From an uncultured delta proteobacterium (lineage in GTDB: Bacteria; Myxococcota_A; Polyangia; Polyangiales; B10-G4): a stretch of 64,000 nt of DNA. The notes under the pieces were generated by a model, which worked only from the letters and a program-made list of their open reading frames with translations, did no database searches and had not been told where the DNA came from. Each line of letters opens with the position of its first letter. The first letter of the stretch is position 1. Where the stretch lies: the NCBI GenBank assembly GCA_963727445.1, contig CAVSGI010000021.1:608001-672000 (forward strand). Reading direction: 5' to 3'. Position numbers and translations under genes: made by a program. This document shows positions 20,933-29,323 of the stretch, one piece after another.

Positions 20933-21442
20933 CTACCCCTCCTTCGGAAGATCTTCTGCGTAGTCGGATGGGGGCGGAAACGCGGTCGGCCAGTCGGAGT
21001 CGTGCTTGACCGAGGGGCCGCTGATGAACTTCGTCAGCGCGTCGATCGAGCGATCCAGGTCGCGCGCAGCCCCCTTGGCGAGGTCTCCGATGGAGATCGC
21101 CCCGACGACGGATCCGCCCGTGCACACCACCAGATGGCGTACGTGTCGTTCGCCCATCCTTCGTCTCGCTTCCAGGACGCTCTCCTCCGGCAGACCGGTC
21201 AGGACTTCTCTCGTCATGACGTTGGCTACCAGGGTGTGCTTGGGATCGAGGTTTCTGGCGAGCACACGACGCACCGCGTCGCGCTCCGTCAGGATTCCGA
21301 CGAGCGAACCCTCGTCGATGACCAGTACCGATCCGACACCCTTTCTACTCAACTGCCGGACCGCTTCGAGGACCGTTGCTGAGCTTGGAATGGAAACCGT
21401 CTCTGTACCCTTCGCCTCTAAAACTGCTCGAAGGTTGGGCAT
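20933..21442 (-). CDS. CBS-domain pair protein
   Basis: TVLEAV...GVGSVLVID..LVGILTERD...VANVMTRE...RHL.V...VGAISIGDL; SD GGAGGT upstream. Confidence 0.88.
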   Translation of the reverse strand: MPNLRAVLEAKGTETVSIPSSATVLEAVRQLSRKGVGSVLVIDEGSLVGILTERDAVRRVLARNLDPKHTLVANVMTREVLTGLPEESVLEARRRMGERHVRHLVVCTGGSVVGAISIGDLAKGAARDLDRSIDALTKFISGPSVKHDSDWPTAFPPPSDYAEDLPKEG

Positions 21443-21468
21443 GCAAATACCTCCGATGAGACTGCTGG

Positions 21469-21485
21469 AGCAGGAACCATGCCCA
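21469..21485 (-). promoter_or_regulatory. Putative sigma54 (-24/-12) promoter for the CBS gene
   Basis: Minus strand TGGGCATGGTTCCTGCT = GG-N10-GC, about 27 nt upstream of the ATG. Confidence 0.45.
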
Positions 21486-21546
21486 TGCGGCTTTCGTGCA
21501 CCGGATTCCGTGGAGCACAGATTCGTGCACTCGGGAGGCGAGGCGC

Positions 21547-22284
21547 TCAGCCCGCGACGGGAATCAGCTCTTTCAGCGTCCGCGCGCGCTCGCGCGCGAG
21601 CGGGACCCGAGGCGCTTCGGGGTGGGCGAGGATCAGCTCGAAGCTGCCAGGGCCCGAGGGCTGGATCTTCTGAATCCGATCGAGACGCACGAGCACGCTG
21701 CGGTGGCTGCGAAAGAAGAGCTCGGACGACAAACGCTTCTCGACGGTGCTCATGGTGAGATCGAGGGCGAAGCGATCGTCGTCGGTGACGGCCCAGACGA
21801 GCTCGTCTTTCATCTCGAAGTAGACGACGTCCTCGAGATCGACCACCACGTATCCGTCGCGGCGCTTGATCGCCAGCCGCGTCATCGGTGCGTCGGCGCT
21901 GGCTCGCATCGGGCCGAGCTCGCGGACGCGCTGGAGCGCGCCTTCGAGGCGCTCGAGACGCACCGGCTTGAGGAGGTAGTCGACGACGCGGGCCTCGAAG
22001 GCACGCAGGGCTGCATCGTCGTGAGCCGAGACCACCACCACCGACGTCTCCGGCTTGCGGGCGCGTACCGCTTCCGCGAGAGCGATGCCGTCGGGCCCGG
22101 GCATCCGCAGATCCACGAAGACCACGTCGGGGCCGACGTCATCGAGTAGAGCGAGGGCGCTCTTGGCGTCCTCTGCTTCTCCCGCGACCTCCACGCCTTC
22201 GCACTGCCCCAGGAGAAAGGTCAGCTCGTCGCGCGCCAGAGGCTCGTCGTCGACGACGATGGCTTTGAGGTCCGTCTCAGTCAC
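21547..22284 (-). CDS. LytTR-family response regulator
   Basis: IVVDDEPLAR, VFVDLRMPGPDG, DYLLKP; C-terminal FFRSHRSVLV LytTR motif. Confidence 0.92.
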   Translation of the reverse strand: MTETDLKAIVVDDEPLARDELTFLLGQCEGVEVAGEAEDAKSALALLDDVGPDVVFVDLRMPGPDGIALAEAVRARKPETSVVVVSAHDDAALRAFEARVVDYLLKPVRLERLEGALQRVRELGPMRASADAPMTRLAIKRRDGYVVVDLEDVVYFEMKDELVWAVTDDDRFALDLTMSTVEKRLSSELFFRSHRSVLVRLDRIQKIQPSGPGSFELILAHPEAPRVPLARERARTLKELIPVAG

Positions 22285-23531
22285 GCTGCATCCACCTCTC
22301 GTTGGCGATGATCCACCAGGGCTTGTCGCGGCAGGCGAACCGTCGCGCGGGCGCCGCCGTCACGGATGACCAGCTCGAAGGACGCGGCGCCGGAATACTT
22401 CTGGGAGAGACGCCGCTCGAGCGTCTCGACGGCGATGCCGCTCCCGGCTTCGGCGATCGGCCGCCGCTCCCCGTCGGAGGAGTCCACGACCTCGATCACC
22501 AGCGCGTCCCCGTCGGCGTGCGCCTTCACCACCACCTCGCCGGGGCCCGTGTGCGCAGCCACGCCATGACGCACCGCGTTTTCGACGAGGGGCTGGAGCA
22601 GGAGCGCAGGTACGGCGTCGTGCTCGACCTCCGTGTCGATCTCGGTGCGCACCGACAGGCGCTCGTCGCCCAGGCGGGCCCGCTCGATCGCGAGATAGCT
22701 CTCCGCATGGCTGACCTCGTCGCGAAGGGTGGCGTCGTCGGGATGCGACAGGAGGTAGCGGTAGAGGTCGGAGAGATCATCGACCAGCTCGCGCGCCTTC
22801 TCCGGATCGCGCCGGATGGTGGCGCGCAAGGCGTTGAGGGCGTTGAAGAGGAAGTGGGGCTCGAGCCGGCGGCGCAGAGACTCGAGGCTCGCCGCGTCCG
22901 CCGCGGCGCGCGCGTTGGCCAGGGCGACGGCGCTCTCTTCGCGCGTCACCACCAGCTTGGCGACCATCACGAAGAGCGTGACCCCGGCTGCGTTGACGGC
23001 GAGCTTGACCAGGTGAGCGGGCCAGGCCGGGATGTAGCGGGCCGCATGACCCACCGCCAACAGCCCGACGCCCACACCCATCAGGTGAAAGCCCTGAATG
23101 CCCACGGAGGTGACGAACGCCTTCGGGCCCTGAAACCATTCCGGCTTCCGTTCGGCCACCACCCCGGCGATGACCCCGTCGATGATCGAGGCGATCAGGA
23201 CCCAGGGCGCCGTCCCGTCATCCACCAGGGCGGCGTAGAAGAGCCCCCCTCCCAATCCGGCGAGGGCTCCGGCCTTCCATCCGCCGAGGATGGCGCCGAT
23301 GAGCACGCCGATGGCGCGGACGTTCATGTGCTCGCCCATCACCGTCATCCCCAGCATCGCTCCCCAGATGCTGAGCCCGAGCCCGAGGAAGACGGCCGCC
23401 AGCTTGTCCCGCCTCTGTCCCACGCCGAGCAGGCGGTTGCGGAGCGGGGGGATGAACACGGCCAGCAGGGCTGCGGCGGCGATGAGCCCCATCTTTTCGG
23501 CGAGCTCGACCAGCAGGGTGCCGACGTTCAC
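22281..23531 (-). CDS. LytS-like sensor histidine kinase (5TM-LYT + His_kinase + HATPase)
   Basis: NVRAIGVLIGAILGG TM motif; EPHFLFNALN, IERARLG, LLQPLVENAVRHG; 4-bp overlap with the regulator. Confidence 0.9.
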   Translation of the reverse strand: MNVGTLLVELAEKMGLIAAAALLAVFIPPLRNRLLGVGQRRDKLAAVFLGLGLSIWGAMLGMTVMGEHMNVRAIGVLIGAILGGWKAGALAGLGGGLFYAALVDDGTAPWVLIASIIDGVIAGVVAERKPEWFQGPKAFVTSVGIQGFHLMGVGVGLLAVGHAARYIPAWPAHLVKLAVNAAGVTLFVMVAKLVVTREESAVALANARAAADAASLESLRRRLEPHFLFNALNALRATIRRDPEKARELVDDLSDLYRYLLSHPDDATLRDEVSHAESYLAIERARLGDERLSVRTEIDTEVEHDAVPALLLQPLVENAVRHGVAAHTGPGEVVVKAHADGDALVIEVVDSSDGERRPIAEAGSGIAVETLERRLSQKYSGAASFELVIRDGGARATVRLPRQALVDHRQREVDAA

Positions 23532-23812
23532 CTTCAGAGCTTATCTCGGCGAGCGCACTTGCACCCACCCACCCCCGAACGAGGTTTTCGAGGCCCTCTC
23601 GCCTTAAGTGAGCCTGGGCACGCAACTGAGCGCGCGAGCGCTCGAAAAAGGCTGCAGTGTCGGATCACGCCCGGCCGGGATTGAGCTAAACTGAGGAATC
23701 CGACGTGGGAAGGTGGACCAACGGGGTGTCTCCTTCCACGTTTCGCCCGAGCCGGGCCGTGAGCCGTCAGTACGGGTTCCAACAGATTCTTTCCTTTTTC
23801 GAGAGGTTTTCA

Positions 23813-25843
23813 ATGATGCGCAGAGCTGTCCCCCTTTCCATCCTGCTTCCCCTGCTGCTGGTGTTCACTGGCTGCGGCGGGGACGACCGGCCGCCCACGG
23901 GTGATGCCGGCGGCGACGGGAGCAGCGACTCCGCGCTTCCCCCGCAGCCCGATGCCGACGGCGACGGGATCAGCGACGTGGACGAAGCGCGCGCCACCAA
24001 CCGGGACACGGACGGTGACGGCACACCCGACTATCTGGACGACGATTCGGACAACGATTCGATTCCCGACAGCGTCGAGGCGGGTGACGCCGATACCAAC
24101 ACGCCTCCCGAGGACGCCGACATGGACGGCATCCCCAACTTCGTCGACGACGACTCGGACGGCAACGGCATCGCCGACCTGGTCGAAGGCGTGGGGGACG
24201 CGGACGGCGACGGCATCGAGGATTTCCGTGACACCGACGACGACAACGACCGCGTCGAGGACGCGACCGAGATCGTGGACCCGTCGGTTCCGGTGGATTT
24301 CGACGGTGACGGCCTCGCCGACTTCCGCGACCCCGACTCCGACAACGACTTCATCCTCGACGGTGACGAGCGACCCCGCACGGGCGACGCCATCGACACC
24401 GACGGGGACGGCACACCCGACTGGCAGGACGACGACTCCGACGGCGACGGGTTCCTCGACTCGGAAGAGGCGGGCGACATGGACATCCGCACTCCGCCGC
24501 GGGACACGGACATGGACATGATCCCGGACTTCCGCGACGCCGACAGTGACAACGACGGCGTCTCCGACGCCGACGAGTTCGTCGCCGGTTCCGACCCGAC
24601 GCTGAGCGACACCGACGGCGACGGCATCAGCGACCTGATCGAGATCGGCGCGGGTACCGATCCGACCGACGCGTTCGACAACCCCCGTGAGCGTGGAGAC
24701 TTCGTCTTCGTCGTTCCCTACATGGATGCGACGGACCCGCCCCGGGATACCCTGCATTTCCGGACGAGCATTCAGTTCGCCGACGTCTACTTCCTCTTCG
24801 ATCAGTCGGGCTCGATGGGCACGGAGATCTCCTCGCTCCAGGCGGCGGTGAACACTGTCATCTCCGATCTGACCTGCACCGACTTCGGGACCCCCTGCAC
24901 CCGTGACTCGATGTGCGCCACCGATCAGGTTTGCAGCCTGTCGGGGACCTGCATCGAGGATCCGGGCATCAGCTCCTGCGTGGCGAGCCCCTGGACCGGC
25001 GTGGGTCATTACCTCGCGGAGCTCACGCACGTGACGGACATCCAGCCGGATCCGGCCGTCACGGCGGCCGGCCTGATGTTCGGGACCACGGGCGCCATCG
25101 AGAACCTGTTCAAGGCCGCGTGGTGCATCGCCGACCCGGCGACGTGTCCGGGCGTCACGACCTCGTGTCGGTCCCCGCTGCCGGCGGACCGTGTCGGATG
25201 CCCGGGCTTCCGAGCCGAGGCGGTGAAGATCCTGGTCGGGTTCACCGACGAGGAGAGCAACCCGGATACGCCGGACGCCGTCTCCGCGGGCACGGCGCTC
25301 AGCGATGCGGGCGTGACCTTCATCGGGGTCTGGAGCGGTACGCCGACGGATTCCCAACGGGCCGACCTCGTGGATCTCGCGAACGCCAGTGGATCCCTCG
25401 ATCGGACCGGCGCGCCGCTGGTCTTCGATGGTCAGGACGCGGCGGTCGTACCCGTCGTCATCGACGCCATCAACGAGATCGTCGAGGGCGTGCCCCTGCG
25501 CGTCACCATCGATGCCGCCGACCTTCCGGACGATGCGGGTGACTCGCTGCAGTTCATCGATCACCTCGAGGCCAACACCTCGGGCGGCAGCTGCTCGATG
25601 ATCATGACCGAGGACATCCCACCCCCGTCCATCTCCAGGCATGCCTTCCCGGCCGTCACCCCGGGCACCCCGGTCTGCTTCGACGTGGTGCCGGTCGCGA
25701 TGCAGACCACCGTCATGCCCGAGGCTTCGCCGCTGGTCTTCGAGGCCGAGCTCACCGTCTACGGCGACGGCTCGCCCCTCGACAGCCGAACGGTCTTCTT
25801 CCTGGTGCCGCCGGTGATCCCCGATCCGGGCGGTCCGGACTGA
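23813..25843 (+). CDS. CglD-like lipoprotein: thrombospondin type-3-like Ca-binding repeats + vWA (MIDAS) domain
   Basis: Lipobox FTGC; many DxDGDGxPDxxDxDSDND repeats (about 23950-24680); GDFVFVVPY; DVYFLFDQSGSM (DxSxS MIDAS); C-terminal PGTPVCFDV...VFFLVPP. The architecture matches the Myxococcus gliding adhesin CglD. Confidence 0.75.
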   Translation: MMRRAVPLSILLPLLLVFTGCGGDDRPPTGDAGGDGSSDSALPPQPDADGDGISDVDEARATNRDTDGDGTPDYLDDDSDNDSIPDSVEAGDADTNTPPEDADMDGIPNFVDDDSDGNGIADLVEGVGDADGDGIEDFRDTDDDNDRVEDATEIVDPSVPVDFDGDGLADFRDPDSDNDFILDGDERPRTGDAIDTDGDGTPDWQDDDSDGDGFLDSEEAGDMDIRTPPRDTDMDMIPDFRDADSDNDGVSDADEFVAGSDPTLSDTDGDGISDLIEIGAGTDPTDAFDNPRERGDFVFVVPYMDATDPPRDTLHFRTSIQFADVYFLFDQSGSMGTEISSLQAAVNTVISDLTCTDFGTPCTRDSMCATDQVCSLSGTCIEDPGISSCVASPWTGVGHYLAELTHVTDIQPDPAVTAAGLMFGTTGAIENLFKAAWCIADPATCPGVTTSCRSPLPADRVGCPGFRAEAVKILVGFTDEESNPDTPDAVSAGTALSDAGVTFIGVWSGTPTDSQRADLVDLANASGSLDRTGAPLVFDGQDAAVVPVVIDAINEIVEGVPLRVTIDAADLPDDAGDSLQFIDHLEANTSGGSCSMIMTEDIPPPSISRHAFPAVTPGTPVCFDVVPVAMQTTVMPEASPLVFEAELTVYGDGSPLDSRTVFFLVPPVIPDPGGPD

Positions 25844-25873
25844 TCGGGCGCAAAAAGGCCCAGACGTGAAAAC

Positions 25874-25902
25874 GGGGCGCCTTTAGGGCGCCCCATTTTT
25901 TT
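25874..25902 (+). terminator. Intrinsic terminator after the CglD-like gene
   Basis: GGGGCGCC-tttag-GGCGCCCC followed by A and seven T. Confidence 0.8.
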
Positions 25903-26000
25903 GGCCCAGGGACCGTCTGGAGCATTTGTCGACCTTTATGCTGTAGAATAAAAGCGCTGTAATAATAGCAGTTTGATAAATTCCACCATTCCCCAGTTGC

Positions 26001-26052
26001 AATTCCCTGTCGGAAGACTCAAGTATTAACCCTCTTTTCCGACGAGGGAATT
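26001..26052 (+). promoter_or_regulatory. Long inverted repeat covering the RBS of the sulfur-assimilation operon
   Basis: AATTCCCT+GTCGGAA (26001-26015) pairs with TTCCGAC-g-AGGGAATT (26037-26052); ATG at 26054. Confidence 0.6.
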
Positions 26053-26053
26053 C

Positions 26054-26344
26054 ATGAACGCCGTCTTCGTGGTCACCGCCAACCGCACGTCCGATGGGAG
26101 GGCGGTCTACCTGACCGCCGACCGCCGGTGGACAGAGGCTCTCGTCGAGGCTGGGGCGACCCCGGAGGAAGCGGCGCAGGGCGACGCGCTCCATTGGGCG
26201 CGCACCCAGCAGTACGACGTCTGCGATCCCTACGTGCTCTCGGTGGGAGAGGCGGGTGACGGTCTCTTCGCGACCACCGCGCGCGAGCGCATTCGCGCCA
26301 CCGGGCCCAGCTGGATCGCCCAGCGCTTCGGATACGAGGTCTGA
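26054..26344 (+). CDS. DUF2849 domain protein
   Basis: VVTANRTSDGRAVYL...W; DPY...RERIRATGPS; typical first gene of cysI operons. Confidence 0.85.
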   Translation: MNAVFVVTANRTSDGRAVYLTADRRWTEALVEAGATPEEAAQGDALHWARTQQYDVCDPYVLSVGEAGDGLFATTARERIRATGPSWIAQRFGYEV

Positions 26345-26346
26345 GC

Positions 26347-28077
26347 ATGTACCAGTACGACGCTCAGGATCTTCGCCTCGTTCGGGAGCGCGCCGCTCAG
26401 TTTCGGGAGCAGGTGCGGCGACGCCTCGCTGGCGAGATCACCGAAGACGAGTTCAAGCCGCTCCGCTTGCAGAACGGCCTCTACATGCAGCTGCACGCGT
26501 ACATGTTGCGCGTCGCCATTCCCTACGGCCTGCTGTCGGCGGCGCAGCTCCGGGTCCTCGCCGAGATCGCGCGGAAGTACGACAAGGGCTACGCCCACTT
26601 CACCACGCGCCAGAACATCCAGTTCAACTGGCCGAAGCTGGAGGACGTTCCGAAGATCCTGCGCGATCTGGCCGACGTGGAGATGCACGCCATCCAGACC
26701 AGCGGCAACTGCATCCGAAACGTGACCAGCGATCCTTTCGCGGGCGTCGCCAAGGACGAGATCGAAGATCCCCGACCCTACTGCGAGCTCTTGCGCCAGT
26801 GGTCGACGTTCCATCCCGAGTTCGCCTTCCTGCCGCGCAAGTTCAAGATCGCGGTGACCGGTGCTCGCCACGACCGCGCCGCCATCGCGGTCCACGACAT
26901 CGGCCTCGCGCTGGTCGAGAACGACGAAGGGGAGGTCGGCTTCAGGGTGTGGGTCGGCGGCGGTCAGGGCCGAACGCCGATCCTCGCGGAGTGCATCCGC
27001 GAGTTCCTCCCCAAGGAGCACCTGCTCAGCTATTGCGAGGCGATCCTCCGCGTCTACAATCGCCTCGGCCGCCGCGACAACAAGTACAAAGCGCGCATCA
27101 AGATCCTCGTGAAGTCGGAGGGCCGAGAGCGCTTCGCCCAGCTCGTCGAAGAGGAGTGGGCGCTGATCCGAGACAGCGGTCTGCGTCTCACCGAGGAGGA
27201 CCTCGCGAAGTTCCGGGCGCACTTCGACGCGCCTCCCTACGCGAAGCTCGAGACCGGGAGCACGCTGGTGGACGCGGCGCTTCTGTCGAAGGACCGCAGC
27301 TTCGCGCAGTGGGCGAGCGCCAACGTGACCGAGCACCGAGTGCCCGGCTACAGCATCGTCGCGCTCTCGCTCAAGACACCCAACCTCCCGCCGGGCGACG
27401 TCACCCATCAGCAGATGGACGCGATCGCCGACCTGGCCGACGAGTTCAGCTTCGGGCGGCTGGTGGTGACCCACCGCCAGAACCTCGTCTTCAGCGACGT
27501 CGAGACCGGGCGCCTCCCCGAGCTGCACCGGCGCCTCGCCGAGCTCGACCTGGCGGCGCCGAACTTCGACAAGGTCACCGACATCATCGCCTGCCCGGGG
27601 CTGGACTACTGCGCCCTGGCCAACGCGCGCTCGATCAACATCGCCGAGGCGATCATCGCCCGCTTCTCCGACGTAGACGAGGTCTACGACATCGGAGACG
27701 TCACCCTCAACATCTCCGGCTGCATCAACGCCTGCGGCCATCACCACGTCGGCAACATCGGAATCCTCGGCATCGACAAGCAGGGCATCGAGCACTACCA
27801 ACTCATGCTCGGCGGCAACCACACCGAGGAGGCAGCGCTCGGGAAGATCCTGGGCCGCGCGCTCACCGAGGACGAGATCGTCGATGCGGTCGAGATCGTC
27901 CTTCGGACCTACGTCTCGCTCCGCACGAGCGACGACGAGACCTTCATCGAGACCCATCGTCGCGTGGGATCCACGCCTTTCAAGGAAGCGGTTTATGGAG
28001 ATCATCAAGGACAAGGCGGTCGTCTCGGACCCGTATCGGCGGATCGACGACTCGACACCTTTGCCGCCGCCGAGTGA
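26347..28077 (+). CDS. cysI: Sulfite reductase hemoprotein (siroheme/4Fe-4S nitrite/sulfite reductase family)
   Basis: RLQNGLYMQLHAYMLRVAIPYG, HFTTRQNIQ, TSGNCIRN, LPRKFKIA, ACPGLDYCALA and SGCINAC cluster ligands; context with DUF934 and cysH. Confidence 0.93.
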   Translation: MYQYDAQDLRLVRERAAQFREQVRRRLAGEITEDEFKPLRLQNGLYMQLHAYMLRVAIPYGLLSAAQLRVLAEIARKYDKGYAHFTTRQNIQFNWPKLEDVPKILRDLADVEMHAIQTSGNCIRNVTSDPFAGVAKDEIEDPRPYCELLRQWSTFHPEFAFLPRKFKIAVTGARHDRAAIAVHDIGLALVENDEGEVGFRVWVGGGQGRTPILAECIREFLPKEHLLSYCEAILRVYNRLGRRDNKYKARIKILVKSEGRERFAQLVEEEWALIRDSGLRLTEEDLAKFRAHFDAPPYAKLETGSTLVDAALLSKDRSFAQWASANVTEHRVPGYSIVALSLKTPNLPPGDVTHQQMDAIADLADEFSFGRLVVTHRQNLVFSDVETGRLPELHRRLAELDLAAPNFDKVTDIIACPGLDYCALANARSINIAEAIIARFSDVDEVYDIGDVTLNISGCINACGHHHVGNIGILGIDKQGIEHYQLMLGGNHTEEAALGKILGRALTEDEIVDAVEIVLRTYVSLRTSDDETFIETHRRVGSTPFKEAVYGDHQGQGGRLGPVSADRRLDTFAAAE

Positions 28078-28477
28078 GGACGTCTTCGTCTCCTGGGCTC
28101 GCTTCGTCGCCGATCGGGACGCCCTGATCGCGCGCGAAGGGCGCCTCGGCGTCTTGGTTGCCGGCGACATCGACCCCTACGAGCTCGAGGAGGCGCTGCC
28201 CCATCTGGACGCGGTGGCCCTCGAGCTGCCGAAGTTCACCGACGGTCGCGCCTTCACCACCGGCAGGCTCCTCCGGGAGCGCCTCGGATTCGAGGGGGAG
28301 CTCCGGGCGACGGGGCACTTCATCCGCGACCAGGTCTTCTACCTCTCCCGCGTCGGCTTCGACGCCTTCCAGCTCCCCGAGGGCCGCGACCCGCACGACG
28401 CCCTCGCCGCCTTCGAGGAGCTGACGGTGCAATACCAGCCCGCCCTGGACCACTCGGAGCCGAGCTTTCGACGATGA
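27995..28477 (+). CDS. DUF934 domain protein
   Basis: LPKFTDGRAFTTGRLLRERLGFEGELRATGHFIRDQVFYLSRVGFDAF...YQPA. Confidence 0.88.
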   Translation: MEIIKDKAVVSDPYRRIDDSTPLPPPSEDVFVSWARFVADRDALIAREGRLGVLVAGDIDPYELEEALPHLDAVALELPKFTDGRAFTTGRLLRERLGFEGELRATGHFIRDQVFYLSRVGFDAFQLPEGRDPHDALAAFEELTVQYQPALDHSEPSFRR

Positions 28478-29265
28478 GCCCCCGCGGCAGCAGTGAGTCG
28501 GCTTCGCGCGACACCATCCCCCCGGCGGACCTGGCCGAAGAGAGCGCTCTCGATCTGGATGCTCTCAACGCGGACCTGGGCGACGCGCCAGCCGGCCACG
28601 TGGTCCGCTGGGCGGCCGGGCACTTCTCTCGCCGCCTCGCGATCTCGTCCAGTTTCGGCGCCCAGTCGGCGGTGATGCTCCACCTGGTGAGCGTCCACGC
28701 GCCGGGCACGCCGGTGATCCTCGTCGACACGGGCTATCTCTTCCCCGAGACCTACCGCTTCGCGCGCGACCTGACGGAGCGTTTCGATCTCGAGCTCCAC
28801 GTCGTGACGCCGCGGCTCACGGCGGCGCACCAGGAGGCGCTCTACGGACGCCTGTGGGAGCAGGGGGACGAGGGCGTCGCGCAGTACCTGCGGATCAACA
28901 AGGTCGAGCCCATTCAGCGCGCGCTTCGCGACGTGGGCGCGGAGGCCTGGATGGCGGGCCTCAGAGCGCGTCAGACGGAGCACCGTGCGGGCCTCAGGCG
29001 CATCGACGTGCAGGACGGGCGCGTGAAGATCCATCCGATCCTCCACTTCACCAACGCTGACGTCGAGGAGTATCTCGCGCGCCACGACCTGCCCCTGCAT
29101 CCGCTCGTCGCCGAGGGCTATCGCTCCATCGGTGATTGGCACTCGACTCTGCCGACCCTGCCGGGGCAGGACCCGCGCGAGGGCCGGATCCTCGGCAAGA
29201 AGCGCGAGTGCGGCATTCACCTCACGGCTGCCGAGAACGACTCGCTCACTTCGTCCAAGCTCTGA
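28474..29265 (+). CDS. cysH: Phosphoadenylyl-sulfate (PAPS) reductase
   Basis: SSSFGAQSAVMLHL, DTGYLFPETY, NKVEP, GYRSIGD, C-terminal KRECGIH. Confidence 0.92.
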   Translation: MSPRGSSESASRDTIPPADLAEESALDLDALNADLGDAPAGHVVRWAAGHFSRRLAISSSFGAQSAVMLHLVSVHAPGTPVILVDTGYLFPETYRFARDLTERFDLELHVVTPRLTAAHQEALYGRLWEQGDEGVAQYLRINKVEPIQRALRDVGAEAWMAGLRARQTEHRAGLRRIDVQDGRVKIHPILHFTNADVEEYLARHDLPLHPLVAEGYRSIGDWHSTLPTLPGQDPREGRILGKKRECGIHLTAAENDSLTSSKL

Positions 29266-29323
29266 GACGAGCTCCTGATCCGGCCGAGACGCAGGGCGTC
29301 ACCCAGGCTCATCGGTGACGCGT

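Noticed and set aside
26230..28170. Long antisense or alternative-frame ORFs here and at 18325-20685, 23810-25642, 38418-40082, 44730-46838 and 54808-56394
   Set aside because: Expected in high-GC coding DNA; Arg/Ala/Gly-rich translations without motifs, each opposite a well-supported gene.
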